Below are positions 26,457 through 34,909 of a stretch of 64,000 bases of DNA, one piece after another; position 1 is the stretch's first letter; each line of letters opens with the position of its first letter. Source of the stretch: a virus (Duplodnaviria; Caudoviricetes); the IMG/VR virus record IMGVR_UViG_3300005466_000029, positions 1,628 to 65,627 of that record. The stretch is one strand, 5' to 3'. Made by a program: the position numbers and the translations under genes. The notes below the pieces were generated by a model that was not told where the DNA came from, did not search any database, and saw nothing but the letters and a program-made list of their open reading frames with translations.

Positions 26457-29300
26457 TCATTCTCGGTCCAACTTCTTCACCACATCGATGAGCGTTGGCT
26501 CGGCCTTAATATACCCCTTCGACTGGCGCCGAATAACTCGCCAAGTTTGAAGGACGCGAACGACCTCCTGCGCCTCGAGCTGGCTCATGCCACCGAACTC
26601 CTGGAAGTCTCTCAGCTTGAAGGGGCCGGTGATGCACTGCTTGAGCGTCTCCAGCACGTCTTCGTTGGCCGCCAGGTACTGCCGCAGCGATTTGGCGTTC
26701 TGCTCCGCCTGCTTGCGCTCGTGCAGCACGTTGGCGCTGTGCTCCCGGTACCCGAAGGACTCCATGCCGTAGAAGGTGTTCAGGAGCGCCTCCGCTGCGT
26801 CGACGTGTTCGAAATCCACCACGAGGAGCTCGCCAGTGTCGTCGGTGGAGAATAGTCGACCAGCCACCGCCACCGCCAAACGCGCAAGTTTAATTCGAAC
26901 ATTCTCCGCCTGGACGAGCGGTGGATCCGGCACGTAACGCTGACCAAGGACTTGAGCCCTCTCGAGGACATAGTTTTCAACACCCTTCTCCCATACGATC
27001 TGGTCCAGCGTACGAGACCACACCCAGTTGATGAGCTGGCTGCACAGCTGCGCGGTGAAGCGGTGCTGCACCCGCGGAGGGCGCCGGGAGTTAATCTCAT
27101 CTGCCGGCACATCCGCGCTCGCCACAGCCAGCGCGAAATCGAAACGGGCTATATCCTCGGGGTTCTTCGCAAGCCCCTTGACCGCGTCCATCGCACCGTT
27201 GGTGTACCCGTCGATGGTGGTTCCGTCTACGGGATTGGCCACGTAGATTAATCGAGTGCGAGCGAAGGTCTCGCTGCTCACGATCTTGTTCACCTGGGCA
27301 ACGCCGGACGACCGCACGGAGCTCATCTGCTCGAGGATGCCTTTGTCCGCAATACCACCGAACTCATCGAGCACCACCAGGCGCCGGTCGTTGAGTGGCA
27401 CTACACCCCAGCTGATGATCCAGTTGCCGCTCATCTGCTGCACGCCACCGATGAGCCCAGCGAACGTAGCCCCCTCGCAGGTGGTGAGCACGCCTGCGCG
27501 GTAGTGGTGGCACAGCCGCTTGGCCGCCTCGCTCTTGCCCGTACGGGTGTCTCCGATGACCAACAGCTCCAGCCAGCCCTTGCCAACGTCCTGGCCCTTG
27601 AAGCGGAAGTTGAGAGCGCTGTGCCACACCAGGTCGTAGGCGACGTGCAGGGCTGCGCGGTGGTAGATCTTGGTGACGTTGGCCTCGAGGTCCTTCGCTA
27701 TCTCCTTCATCTTCTGGATGGGCGTCTGCTCTTCGCTCGGCCAGAAGCTGTTGCTCAACTGGGCGTAGATCTCATCGGTCATTTGGAACTGATCGATGCT
27801 GGCCGAGGTCTCCTCACTTCGCCAAGCCTGCAGAATGGCGCGGCCCGTCTCTGTGTCCGTGGTGTTCATCCCCGTGAACTCCACCTTGACGTTCGTCTGG
27901 GTGCGGTACTTGCCGACGTTGAACAGCCTCCGCGAGAAGTTAGCCACGCCACCGAAGGTCTCGTCTACTGGTGGCACCAGGATCATTTCCTCGACGGAGT
28001 ACTTCTCCACTTCCTCGACCTCTACGTCAGGACAGCCCGTCGGGATCTTCACGTGCTTCAGCAACACCTTCTGTCGCGCAGAAGTGTTCTTGTTCAACGA
28101 CTCCAGCACCACAGGATCGTGCTCGGGGATGTCGAGCTCGAGGTGGTTGCGTCCGCTGATGGGGCAGCGCGCGCAGCGCGTACCGCCGCCTTCGTTGCAG
28201 TTGAACTCCACGCGGCGAGGGCCGATGTAGGCAGGCTGTACCTTGCCCACGATAGTCGCGTTGAACTTCAGCGGACGCTCGATGTTGTTGGCGTCCATGG
28301 TGTCCTCGAGAGAAACCTCCCGCACCTCGCCGTTCCGCAGCCCCGCCAGATGGCTTACGCGGTTGACGTTTTCGCTGGCTGCCTTCATCAGCGTGTAGAA
28401 GTCCGCGGTCGTGTAGCCCTGGTCCACGAAGTAGTTCGTCAGGTCGTCGCCATTGCCCTTGAGCGGCAACGCGACGATGTGCACCTGCTTGGCGAACGTC
28501 TCCAGATGGCGCTGCACCTTGCGCGCGCCCCGGCGCCCGGCGTCATCGCAGTCGTAGCAGATGTACACGATCTTGCCCTCGAACGACTCGTTCCACCGCG
28601 GATCCCAGCTGCCGGCGCCAGCTGTGTGGGAGAGTGTGGGGAGGTCGTACTGCCGCCCGATGAGCATGTCTGGCTCGCCCTCGCAGATGATGACGGTCTC
28701 ACTGCGCGCCAACACATCCACGCCGAACAGCTGTCGGTTGCCCGTGCCAATCCCCCAGGACTTCATCTTGTCTCTGCCTTGGCGCGCCGTGGGGTTGTAC
28801 CGCCGCACGTTCAGGAGCTCGCCGGTGTCATCGCGTACCGGAATGGTGTAGCGCTGACCGTCCCAGCCTATCTGGAACTCCTCGATGGTGTCCCGAGACC
28901 ACCCGCGCTTCTCCCGCAGCAGCCCCAGCCTCTGCTTGCTGGCCAACAGGTTCTCCACGAACTCCTCGATGCGCTCTTCGCTGGGCAGCTTGCCGGCAGC
29001 GCGGTTGCTCGGGGCGTCCTTGATGTTTCGAACCTTCGCCTTGGCTGGCTTGGCTTCCTTGGTGTCGAAGTCTCCACTCTGCTTCATCATGTTCACCAAC
29101 GCGGGGATGGTCATGCCGCCACACTGGCTGAAGCAGGTAAAGATCCCTTCCGAGAAGTTGTAGCTCGCGCTCGGGGTCTTGCTGTCTCCTGGGTCCTCGC
29201 AGATGGGGCAGAAGCCCCGCGCCTCGCCGTCGCTGTTCTCGCGGCCGACGATCCACGGAGCGAGCTTGGCGCGCACTGCCTGCGATGTGGGTCTACCCAT
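26457..29300 (-). CDS. primase-helicase: zinc finger + TOPRIM + MCM-type AAA+ helicase
   Basis: CPIC...CFSQC, CEGEPD, YDCDDAG, DLTNYF; GDTRTGKS, LDEFGG, ANP, ARFD. Confidence 0.9.
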   Translation of the reverse strand: MGRPTSQAVRAKLAPWIVGRENSDGEARGFCPICEDPGDSKTPSASYNFSEGIFTCFSQCGGMTIPALVNMMKQSGDFDTKEAKPAKAKVRNIKDAPSNRAAGKLPSEERIEEFVENLLASKQRLGLLREKRGWSRDTIEEFQIGWDGQRYTIPVRDDTGELLNVRRYNPTARQGRDKMKSWGIGTGNRQLFGVDVLARSETVIICEGEPDMLIGRQYDLPTLSHTAGAGSWDPRWNESFEGKIVYICYDCDDAGRRGARKVQRHLETFAKQVHIVALPLKGNGDDLTNYFVDQGYTTADFYTLMKAASENVNRVSHLAGLRNGEVREVSLEDTMDANNIERPLKFNATIVGKVQPAYIGPRRVEFNCNEGGGTRCARCPISGRNHLELDIPEHDPVVLESLNKNTSARQKVLLKHVKIPTGCPDVEVEEVEKYSVEEMILVPPVDETFGGVANFSRRLFNVGKYRTQTNVKVEFTGMNTTDTETGRAILQAWRSEETSASIDQFQMTDEIYAQLSNSFWPSEEQTPIQKMKEIAKDLEANVTKIYHRAALHVAYDLVWHSALNFRFKGQDVGKGWLELLVIGDTRTGKSEAAKRLCHHYRAGVLTTCEGATFAGLIGGVQQMSGNWIISWGVVPLNDRRLVVLDEFGGIADKGILEQMSSVRSSGVAQVNKIVSSETFARTRLIYVANPVDGTTIDGYTNGAMDAVKGLAKNPEDIARFDFALAVASADVPADEINSRRPPRVQHRFTAQLCSQLINWVWSRTLDQIVWEKGVENYVLERAQVLGQRYVPDPPLVQAENVRIKLARLAVAVAGRLFSTDDTGELLVVDFEHVDAAEALLNTFYGMESFGYREHSANVLHERKQAEQNAKSLRQYLAANEDVLETLKQCITGPFKLRDFQEFGGMSQLEAQEVVRVLQTWRVIRRQSKGYIKAEPTLIDVVKKLDRE

Positions 29301-29547
29301 GTTGAGATTCCCCGTCCTGGTAAAGCCTGTGCGCGGTTTCGATGTCTGTCTCCCCTTCGGGGTAGGGCTCGTGAGTGTGCCCCACCGGGAGACCGTTCCG
29401 TTTGCACAGTAGATGGAGCTCGGCGTGCTGTTCGATACGCTCGTGCAGTTCGCCGCTGCCGGTTGCCTGGCCGTGATGGCGCCACAGATGCTGCGCCAGC
29501 GCCTTGCGCGCCTCTTGGTAGCCCGGGGGCTTACGTGGCCTAGCCAA
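29293..29547 (-). CDS. hypothetical His-rich protein
   Basis: 3' part of a track ORF; TTG start uncertain. Confidence 0.5.
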   Translation of the reverse strand: MARPRKPPGYQEARKALAQHLWRHHGQATGSGELHERIEQHAELHLLCKRNGLPVGHTHEPYPEGETDIETAHRLYQDGESQHG

Positions 29548-29803
29548 GGATGGCTTCAACCAGCTTGTGCACGTCCTTCGGTGGCTGCGTGCCGCGGGGG
29601 AGGGGAGAGGCCACATCGACGTCGTCCTGGTCCACGCCTAGGTACGACTGCACGCCAGCGCGCCAGATGCGCTCGTGGAGGTCCTTCTTCGTGGCGCACT
29701 GGTAGCGGGCCACCAGGTCCAGCAGGAAGCTCATGTCGACGGGGACCTTGACGACAACGCGCCTGGTCTCGGAGCCGTCTGAAATGGGCATAGGAATAGC
29801 CAT
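29540..29803 (-). CDS. putative ribbon-helix-helix DNA-binding protein
   Basis: RRVVVKVP strand followed by two helices; AGGAGG RBS. Confidence 0.55.
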   Translation of the reverse strand: MAIPMPISDGSETRRVVVKVPVDMSFLLDLVARYQCATKKDLHERIWRAGVQSYLGVDQDDVDVASPLPRGTQPPKDVHKLVEAILG

Positions 29804-29814
29804 TTAGTTCCTCC

Positions 29815-30280
29815 TACCGGGACTAAAGTAAGACTGAGACTGAGACTGAGATCTCTCTTACTAAGGTCTCTCAGCCAATCTCCGATTTTCGATTTTGCGT
29901 TGGGGTTGCTGCCTAGCTTGTGCACTGTGCCACACACACTACCCCGCCGCAAACAGTCGGTCTGTTCATTGTGTTCATTCTGAGAGCTCCACATTCTGTT
30001 GACTCGTTGACTCGTTCACACCTCTCCGTCCTCCCTGCCCCCGGGACCGATCGCCAAAATATTTTTAAAACAGACCCAATCCCTCACGCGCGTTACGTAC
30101 GCGTGAGGTTTTGCCCTACCCAAATCTTTTCGTATATAGGGGCCCCAGGGCGGCGAGAGAGATGAGTAGGCTGCCTACCTATGGGCTCTCGGCTGTACGT
30201 GTCTGAGAGCGCCATCCCCCGCCTAGCCACCCCGCAGCCGTTCTAGGCGCCTCACGGCCACGCTGGCTACCGAGGGCATA
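29815..30280. other. largest intergenic region, candidate replication origin
   Basis: tandem GAGACT repeats, TGTTCATT x2, GTTGACTC x2, AAAATATTTT, CCTCACGCG/CGCGTGAGG inverted repeat; upstream of the primase-helicase operon. Confidence 0.5.
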
Positions 30281-30282
30281 GC

Positions 30283-30307
30283 AAAGGGCCGCCCCGCAGG
30301 ACGGCCC
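30283..30307 (-). terminator. intrinsic terminator after ssb
   Basis: GGGCCGTCC-TGCG-GGGCGGCCC-TTT on the minus strand. Confidence 0.7.
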
Positions 30308-30331
30308 CTCACGTGTTCAGTTGTGCTGCGG

Positions 30332-31309
30332 TCAGAACGGCGGGTCCTGGCTGCCGCGCTTCTTCGTGGTGGTCGTGCGCCGCGAGGACCGCTTCGGGGG
30401 CTCCGGCTCCTCCTCCGGCTCCTCCTCTTCGTCCTCCTCGTCGAGCGTGTCGAGAACCGCCTCGATGACGTCGTCGGCAGTCATGCCCTTCTTGATGGCG
30501 ATGCCGAACTCCTCGCGGGCTCGCTTCTTCAGCTGCACCAACGAAAGGGCCTCGAGCTCCGCGGCGAGCTCGTCGGGGTCGTAGTCCGAGCCCTCCTCCG
30601 GCTCGTCCTCCTCCTCGTCTTCCTCTTCCTCGTCCTCGTCCTCGTCCTCCTCCGGCTCCGGCTCGGCCGCCTTGCGTCGGCTGCGCGAGGACTGGCGCCG
30701 GGGCTTGGTCTCCTCGACCTCCTCGACTTCCTCCTCGACCTCCTCCTCGAACACGTCCTCCGCGTCGTCGGCCTTGCGGCGTGTGGACTTCTTGTTCGCG
30801 GCGGGGTCGCGGTAACCCAGCACCGCGGAGATCTTGGCCCGCCACTCGGGGTCGCCACCGTCCTCGGGGACGTACCGCTCGCGGATGATCCGGACGGTGC
30901 AGGGCTTCGCCTTCTTGAGGATGTTGGCGAAGCTCATCTTGAGCCTGCCGTTGGGCTTGACCAGCCCCAGCGCCACGGCGATCTGCTGCTCGCGCCACAG
31001 CGTCGAGTGGTCGTTGGTGTACTGGTGGTCCCGGAAACCGGCGACGGACTCGTAGTCCCCGTCCTCGTTCGGCGACTCACCGCCCGTCAGCTCGAACGTC
31101 CAGCGGATGGACTCGTTGCCCTCCGCGGACTCGTGGTCCTTGACCTGCACCAGCTTGGCCGGGTAGAGCCCCTTCACCGGCGTGGGGCCGTTGTAGCCCT
31201 CGCCTGGCTCCCGGTACTCCTCGCCGCTGTAGTCGCGGTCGAGACCGCCACCACCGCCGTCGCTGTCGGCCGGGCGTGTGCTTGCTGCCCTACGTGTGCG
31301 TGTTGCCAC
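30332..31309 (-). CDS. single-stranded DNA-binding protein (DUF669-like) with long acidic tail
   Basis: GLYPAKL OB-like core, acidic tail ending DPPF, next to a Sak4-like ATPase. Confidence 0.7.
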   Translation of the reverse strand: MATRTRRAASTRPADSDGGGGGLDRDYSGEEYREPGEGYNGPTPVKGLYPAKLVQVKDHESAEGNESIRWTFELTGGESPNEDGDYESVAGFRDHQYTNDHSTLWREQQIAVALGLVKPNGRLKMSFANILKKAKPCTVRIIRERYVPEDGGDPEWRAKISAVLGYRDPAANKKSTRRKADDAEDVFEEEVEEEVEEVEETKPRRQSSRSRRKAAEPEPEEDEDEDEEEEDEEEDEPEEGSDYDPDELAAELEALSLVQLKKRAREEFGIAIKKGMTADDVIEAVLDTLDEEDEEEEPEEEPEPPKRSSRRTTTTKKRGSQDPPF

Positions 31310-31318
31310 TCCTGCTCC

Positions 31319-32158
31319 TTACTTCTTGGCCGACTTGTTGCCAGCCAGTGCCTTGTCTGCTGCCGCGACCATCTTCACGATGTCAGGGTTATCTGCATAC
31401 GCAGGCCAACCGTAGCGGTTCTTAGCTAGGTGGTCCTTCCTCTTTGTCATGTACAGGCGCCGGAACTCCACGAGCTCGTCGGCTTCGTCGTCGTCCTCAC
31501 CTGCGCGCAGTACGTCGTAGAAGCCAACCAAACTCACCATGCCGCATACCTTGCGGGCCAGGATGCCGTTCTTGGTGCTGCCGACCATGGGGACGAGCTG
31601 GGTGTATTCCTCCTCGGTGTCGTCGTCATAGATCTCCAGTGGCATAACCTGCGCGGTGTAGAGCGTGTTGATGGGCAGGGCGTTCACGTCATCGATGGCG
31701 CCCTTGACCTGGTTCCACACCCACGGGTAGTCGTCGAGCGCAGGCTTGTACAGATGGCGGGTGGTGGGCTTGCGCTCCTTCATCAGGCGCAGTTGACTGC
31801 GCCAGAAGCACTCCTCCATCTCGCTGATGGAGTCCACGATCACCCAGTCGAAATCCTTGCACCCACTTCCGATGTCGAGATAGTCGTAGATCTCGAGGTA
31901 GTCGTCGCGGGTGCGCACCACGAACTCCTCGGCGTTGCTGCCCGCCACGGCGGCGGACTCAGTGCCCTCCACCTCGAAGCTGATGAACAGCGCGCGGGGC
32001 AGTCCCGCGGCCAGGGTTGTCTTGCCGACGCCCGTGTCGCCGTAGATGAGCCAGTTCTTGTACTTCGTGCGCTCCCGCACACTGGTGATCGCCGTCGGCC
32101 GGGCGCCCCTGGTGGGTGCTGGCTTCTTCGCCGCTGTACGGCGTGCCCGTGGTGGCAT
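31319..32158 (-). CDS. AAA ATPase, Sak4-like annealase
   Basis: IYGDTGVGKTT, IVDSISE, AKNR. Confidence 0.85.
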   Translation of the reverse strand: MPPRARRTAAKKPAPTRGARPTAITSVRERTKYKNWLIYGDTGVGKTTLAAGLPRALFISFEVEGTESAAVAGSNAEEFVVRTRDDYLEIYDYLDIGSGCKDFDWVIVDSISEMEECFWRSQLRLMKERKPTTRHLYKPALDDYPWVWNQVKGAIDDVNALPINTLYTAQVMPLEIYDDDTEEEYTQLVPMVGSTKNGILARKVCGMVSLVGFYDVLRAGEDDDEADELVEFRRLYMTKRKDHLAKNRYGWPAYADNPDIVKMVAAADKALAGNKSAKK

Positions 32159-32475
32159 CAGACAATCTTGCCGATCTGACCAACGGCGAAAGCGCTTCGC
32201 TCGGCGGAGGACTTGTCGTCGGCCGTGATGGTCATGCGCACCTTCTCCGTGCCCTGCAAGGCAGCGTGCAGCGTGTCACGAGCGTGACGGAGCATCTGGC
32301 AGTGCTGTTCGGCTACGGCCAGCTGATCGTCGACCTCCTGGAGGTGCTTGTTCAGCTCCATGCCCTGGCGAAGTATCGCCCGCTGGATTCTTTCGAGAGT
32401 GTCGATGGAGTCACCTTCCTTCTCAGCCTCCCCAATGGCTTTCATGTCCTCCGCGCGCCTGGTCGGGTAGCTCAT
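32158..32475 (-). CDS. hypothetical coiled-coil protein
   Basis: MSYPTRR..., AGGAGG RBS. Confidence 0.6.
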   Translation of the reverse strand: MSYPTRRAEDMKAIGEAEKEGDSIDTLERIQRAILRQGMELNKHLQEVDDQLAVAEQHCQMLRHARDTLHAALQGTEKVRMTITADDKSSAERSAFAVGQIGKIV

Positions 32476-33650
32476 TTGCCCCTCCTGATTTCTATGCCGT
32501 TGCGCTCCATGTCTTCGCGATGGTCCGAGTACGGGTCTCGGTACTTGAACATTTGGTCGCGGTAGAACTTCCAATCATCGCCCTGTTCGTGCAGTGTGCA
32601 CATATCAAAGAATACGCACCGCTCACACTCGTGTGTGGGCTTCTTGATGATTGGAATCTCACCGGTCCGTGCCATCTGCATGATGATGGCCTCTTGCTGC
32701 ACCCGCCGTGCCTGCGTGACGATCTGGCGCTGGGTCCGGGCGCTCTCGTAACGCTCGAAACGCTTGGCGGGCTGGCGAGCACTCACCTCACCTTCCACAA
32801 CAGTGCGGGTAGTCATAGCCAGTTCCGCCAGGTCTGCAACCAACATCTTGCGCAATTCCGGTTCGCGCTTCGGAAACTTCTTAGCCAGCGCTTCGACGTA
32901 TTGCGCCTTCGTGGGGTTGTTGAGCGCTTCACCCGCTGCGTTGGTGGGGCGGGGGTCGGGCGGACTCTTCTTGGCGTAGCTGAAGATGATTCCGTGAATG
33001 CGATCCTTCTTGGTAAGAATTCCCTTGTGTACCAACACCTCCTTAGCCACCCACGGGTACGTGCCCGCCTGGTCGTCGAGATCCAAGTAGCCCGGGCTGG
33101 GTATGGTCTTCGCAGTCTTGTGGTCCCACAGCCACAGGCGCCGGTCGCTGCGGCGGAACATGAGGGCGTCCCAGGTGCCGCAGTAGACCACAATGGTCTC
33201 GCCCTTGAAGTCCGGGTCCGGCACGTCGATCTGGAAGGTCTGTTCTGTGTGAATGACCTCCCATTCCCGGTCCTTCATGTAGAACTCGTCGTACGCGCGC
33301 AGCATCTCGGGGCCAAGCTCGCGAGCGGGAACGAGCTTGACCTCCTTGCCCTTGGCCTCCGCCTTGCTGCGCTCCGCTTCCTCGATGTCCTCGATGTCTA
33401 CGCCGATCTTGCGACCCTGGTCGTCGAGGGACTCTAGGAACTTATCGATGGTGTCAAGCAGGCTGCCGCGCTTGTGGCCGACCGGGTAGTAGACCTCAAG
33501 CGCGCTGTGCCACGCCTTGCCGAACACCGCCCACGTTGGCTCGCGCACTGGCACGAGCCCGTTGAGCCACCGCTGCTCCCACTTCCACGGGCAGCGAAAG
33601 TCTCCCCGCTCACTGGTGCGGAGCAGCGGTGGCCTTCGGGCGTCCTTCAT
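32472..33650 (-). CDS. Cas4/RecB-like PD-(D/E)xK exonuclease
   Basis: N-terminal CPW, G..WH, E...GTWD...DHKT, Q..Y, C-terminal CERCVFFDMC (Fe-S ligands). Confidence 0.88.
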   Translation of the reverse strand: MKDARRPPLLRTSERGDFRCPWKWEQRWLNGLVPVREPTWAVFGKAWHSALEVYYPVGHKRGSLLDTIDKFLESLDDQGRKIGVDIEDIEEAERSKAEAKGKEVKLVPARELGPEMLRAYDEFYMKDREWEVIHTEQTFQIDVPDPDFKGETIVVYCGTWDALMFRRSDRRLWLWDHKTAKTIPSPGYLDLDDQAGTYPWVAKEVLVHKGILTKKDRIHGIIFSYAKKSPPDPRPTNAAGEALNNPTKAQYVEALAKKFPKREPELRKMLVADLAELAMTTRTVVEGEVSARQPAKRFERYESARTQRQIVTQARRVQQEAIIMQMARTGEIPIIKKPTHECERCVFFDMCTLHEQGDDWKFYRDQMFKYRDPYSDHREDMERNGIEIRRGK

Positions 33651-33898
33651 CAGCTGCCGTTGGCCTTCTGCTTGGCTGCCAGGATGGCGCTGGTGAGCTT
33701 GTGGTTGCGCACGTCGATCACGAGAAGATCGCTCGCGCGGATCTCCTCCTCCTCGTTGCTCAGCTCGCGCACCAGCTTGCTGATGGCACGCGGCACGGTG
33801 GTGGAGCGAACCGTGGTGACCTCCTCGATGTTCTCGGGGCGGTTGCCCTCGTCTTTCCAGCACCACGTGATCTCGAAGTCGTAGCTGCGGTTGGACAT
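33650..33898 (-). CDS. hypothetical protein
   Basis: MSNRSYD..., GGAGGCAGC leader. Confidence 0.65.
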   Translation of the reverse strand: MSNRSYDFEITWCWKDEGNRPENIEEVTTVRSTTVPRAISKLVRELSNEEEEIRASDLLVIDVRNHKLTSAILAAKQKANGS

Positions 33899-34011
33899 AT
33901 GCTGCCTCCGTCTCAAATGAACTGTTCCCATCGAACAGTCAGGGCCACCTCAGCGCCGGGGAACCACGGGGTAGATGCCCATGGAGCGCTGAGATGACCC
34001 TCACCGTCCGA

Positions 34012-34575
34012 TCAGAACGGCTCGTCTCCCGCGGGGGCCTCGGCCGCACCCGCCCGACGCCGGGATCGCCGCGCCGGAGCCGCCTTCGTGGTCTCGGCCT
34101 CCGCGCTGGCCGCTGCGCCCCTGCGCCGACGCGGTGCGGGCTTGGCCTCCTCCTCGGAGTCCTCGTCCGCCGCCTTGGCGCGACCACGTCGCTTGGCCGC
34201 CGGGGCTGCCTCCTCGGTCGCCTTGGCCGCACCGCGCCGCTTGCGCGCGGGCTTCGGCTCGTCGTCCTCGTCCTCGGCCGCGCTCTGGCGGTTGGCCTTG
34301 GCCTCGGCCCGCTCCGCGGCTGCCGCCTCCCGGGCCTCGTCCTGCTCGGCCTTGAAGTCCTCGTACTCGTCGGACTTCCGGTACTCGTTGCGCTTGCTGA
34401 TGACGACCTGCACCTGCCGGGCGGTGAGGGGCTTGTCGAGCTCGTCGCCGTACTGCGCGTTCAGCCACTCGGCCATGTGGGTGTGCAGGGCGCCGACGGG
34501 GCGCAAGCCACCCGCCTCGGTCTCGTCGACCTCCGGCTCCGGGGCCGCTGCCTTGGTGGATGCGCGTCGTGCCAT
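34012..34575 (-). CDS. Ala/Arg/Glu-rich low-complexity protein, possibly nucleoid-associated
   Basis: MARRASTK..., AAGGAG RBS, repeated RRRG/KA motifs, ends DEPF. Confidence 0.7.
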   Translation of the reverse strand: MARRASTKAAAPEPEVDETEAGGLRPVGALHTHMAEWLNAQYGDELDKPLTARQVQVVISKRNEYRKSDEYEDFKAEQDEAREAAAAERAEAKANRQSAAEDEDDEPKPARKRRGAAKATEEAAPAAKRRGRAKAADEDSEEEAKPAPRRRRGAAASAEAETTKAAPARRSRRRAGAAEAPAGDEPF

Positions 34576-34650
34576 GTTGGATGCTCCTTGATCGTGGTTG
34601 CGGTGTTGCTGGTTCACTGTGGTGTACACGTTAGTTGAAACGCAACTAAT

Positions 34651-34908
34651 TCACTCTTCGAGTCTCTGCCGCTGCTCTTCCACTCGACGGCGATGAAGAC
34701 CACGCGGTGTACGCCTGGCCAGCTTCGGAACAACCACTCGGGGAGTGGTTGCCTGCACGCGCTCGAACGCGGCCATATTGTCTGCCTGGCCCAGCGTTGG
34801 GGGCCGCTGCGGAGGGCGGCCGGGGAGGTTCTGGCGCCACTGGCGAACGGCCAGCCATATCCCCACTTCAACGAGAAGTGTGATAACCACTCCCATCAAA
34901 ACTTCCAT
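34651..34908 (-). CDS. membrane-anchored protein
   Basis: N-terminal TM helix, AGGAGG RBS. Confidence 0.55.
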   Translation of the reverse strand: MEVLMGVVITLLVEVGIWLAVRQWRQNLPGRPPQRPPTLGQADNMAAFERVQATTPRVVVPKLARRTPRGLHRRRVEEQRQRLEE

Positions 34909-34909
34909 C

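Noticed and set aside
20273-29300. Inteins or introns in DnaE or the primase-helicase
   Set aside because: Lengths are explained by the domains present; no intein junction or homing endonuclease motifs seen
29731-29994. Track ORFs containing LSLSLS (this one and 10748-10930)
   Set aside because: The peptide pattern comes from the hexamer DNA repeats; atypical composition and overlap with better-supported genes
32472-33650. Cas4-like gene as part of a CRISPR-Cas system
   Set aside because: No other cas genes or repeat-spacer array; it sits in a standard exonuclease-Sak4-SSB recombination module
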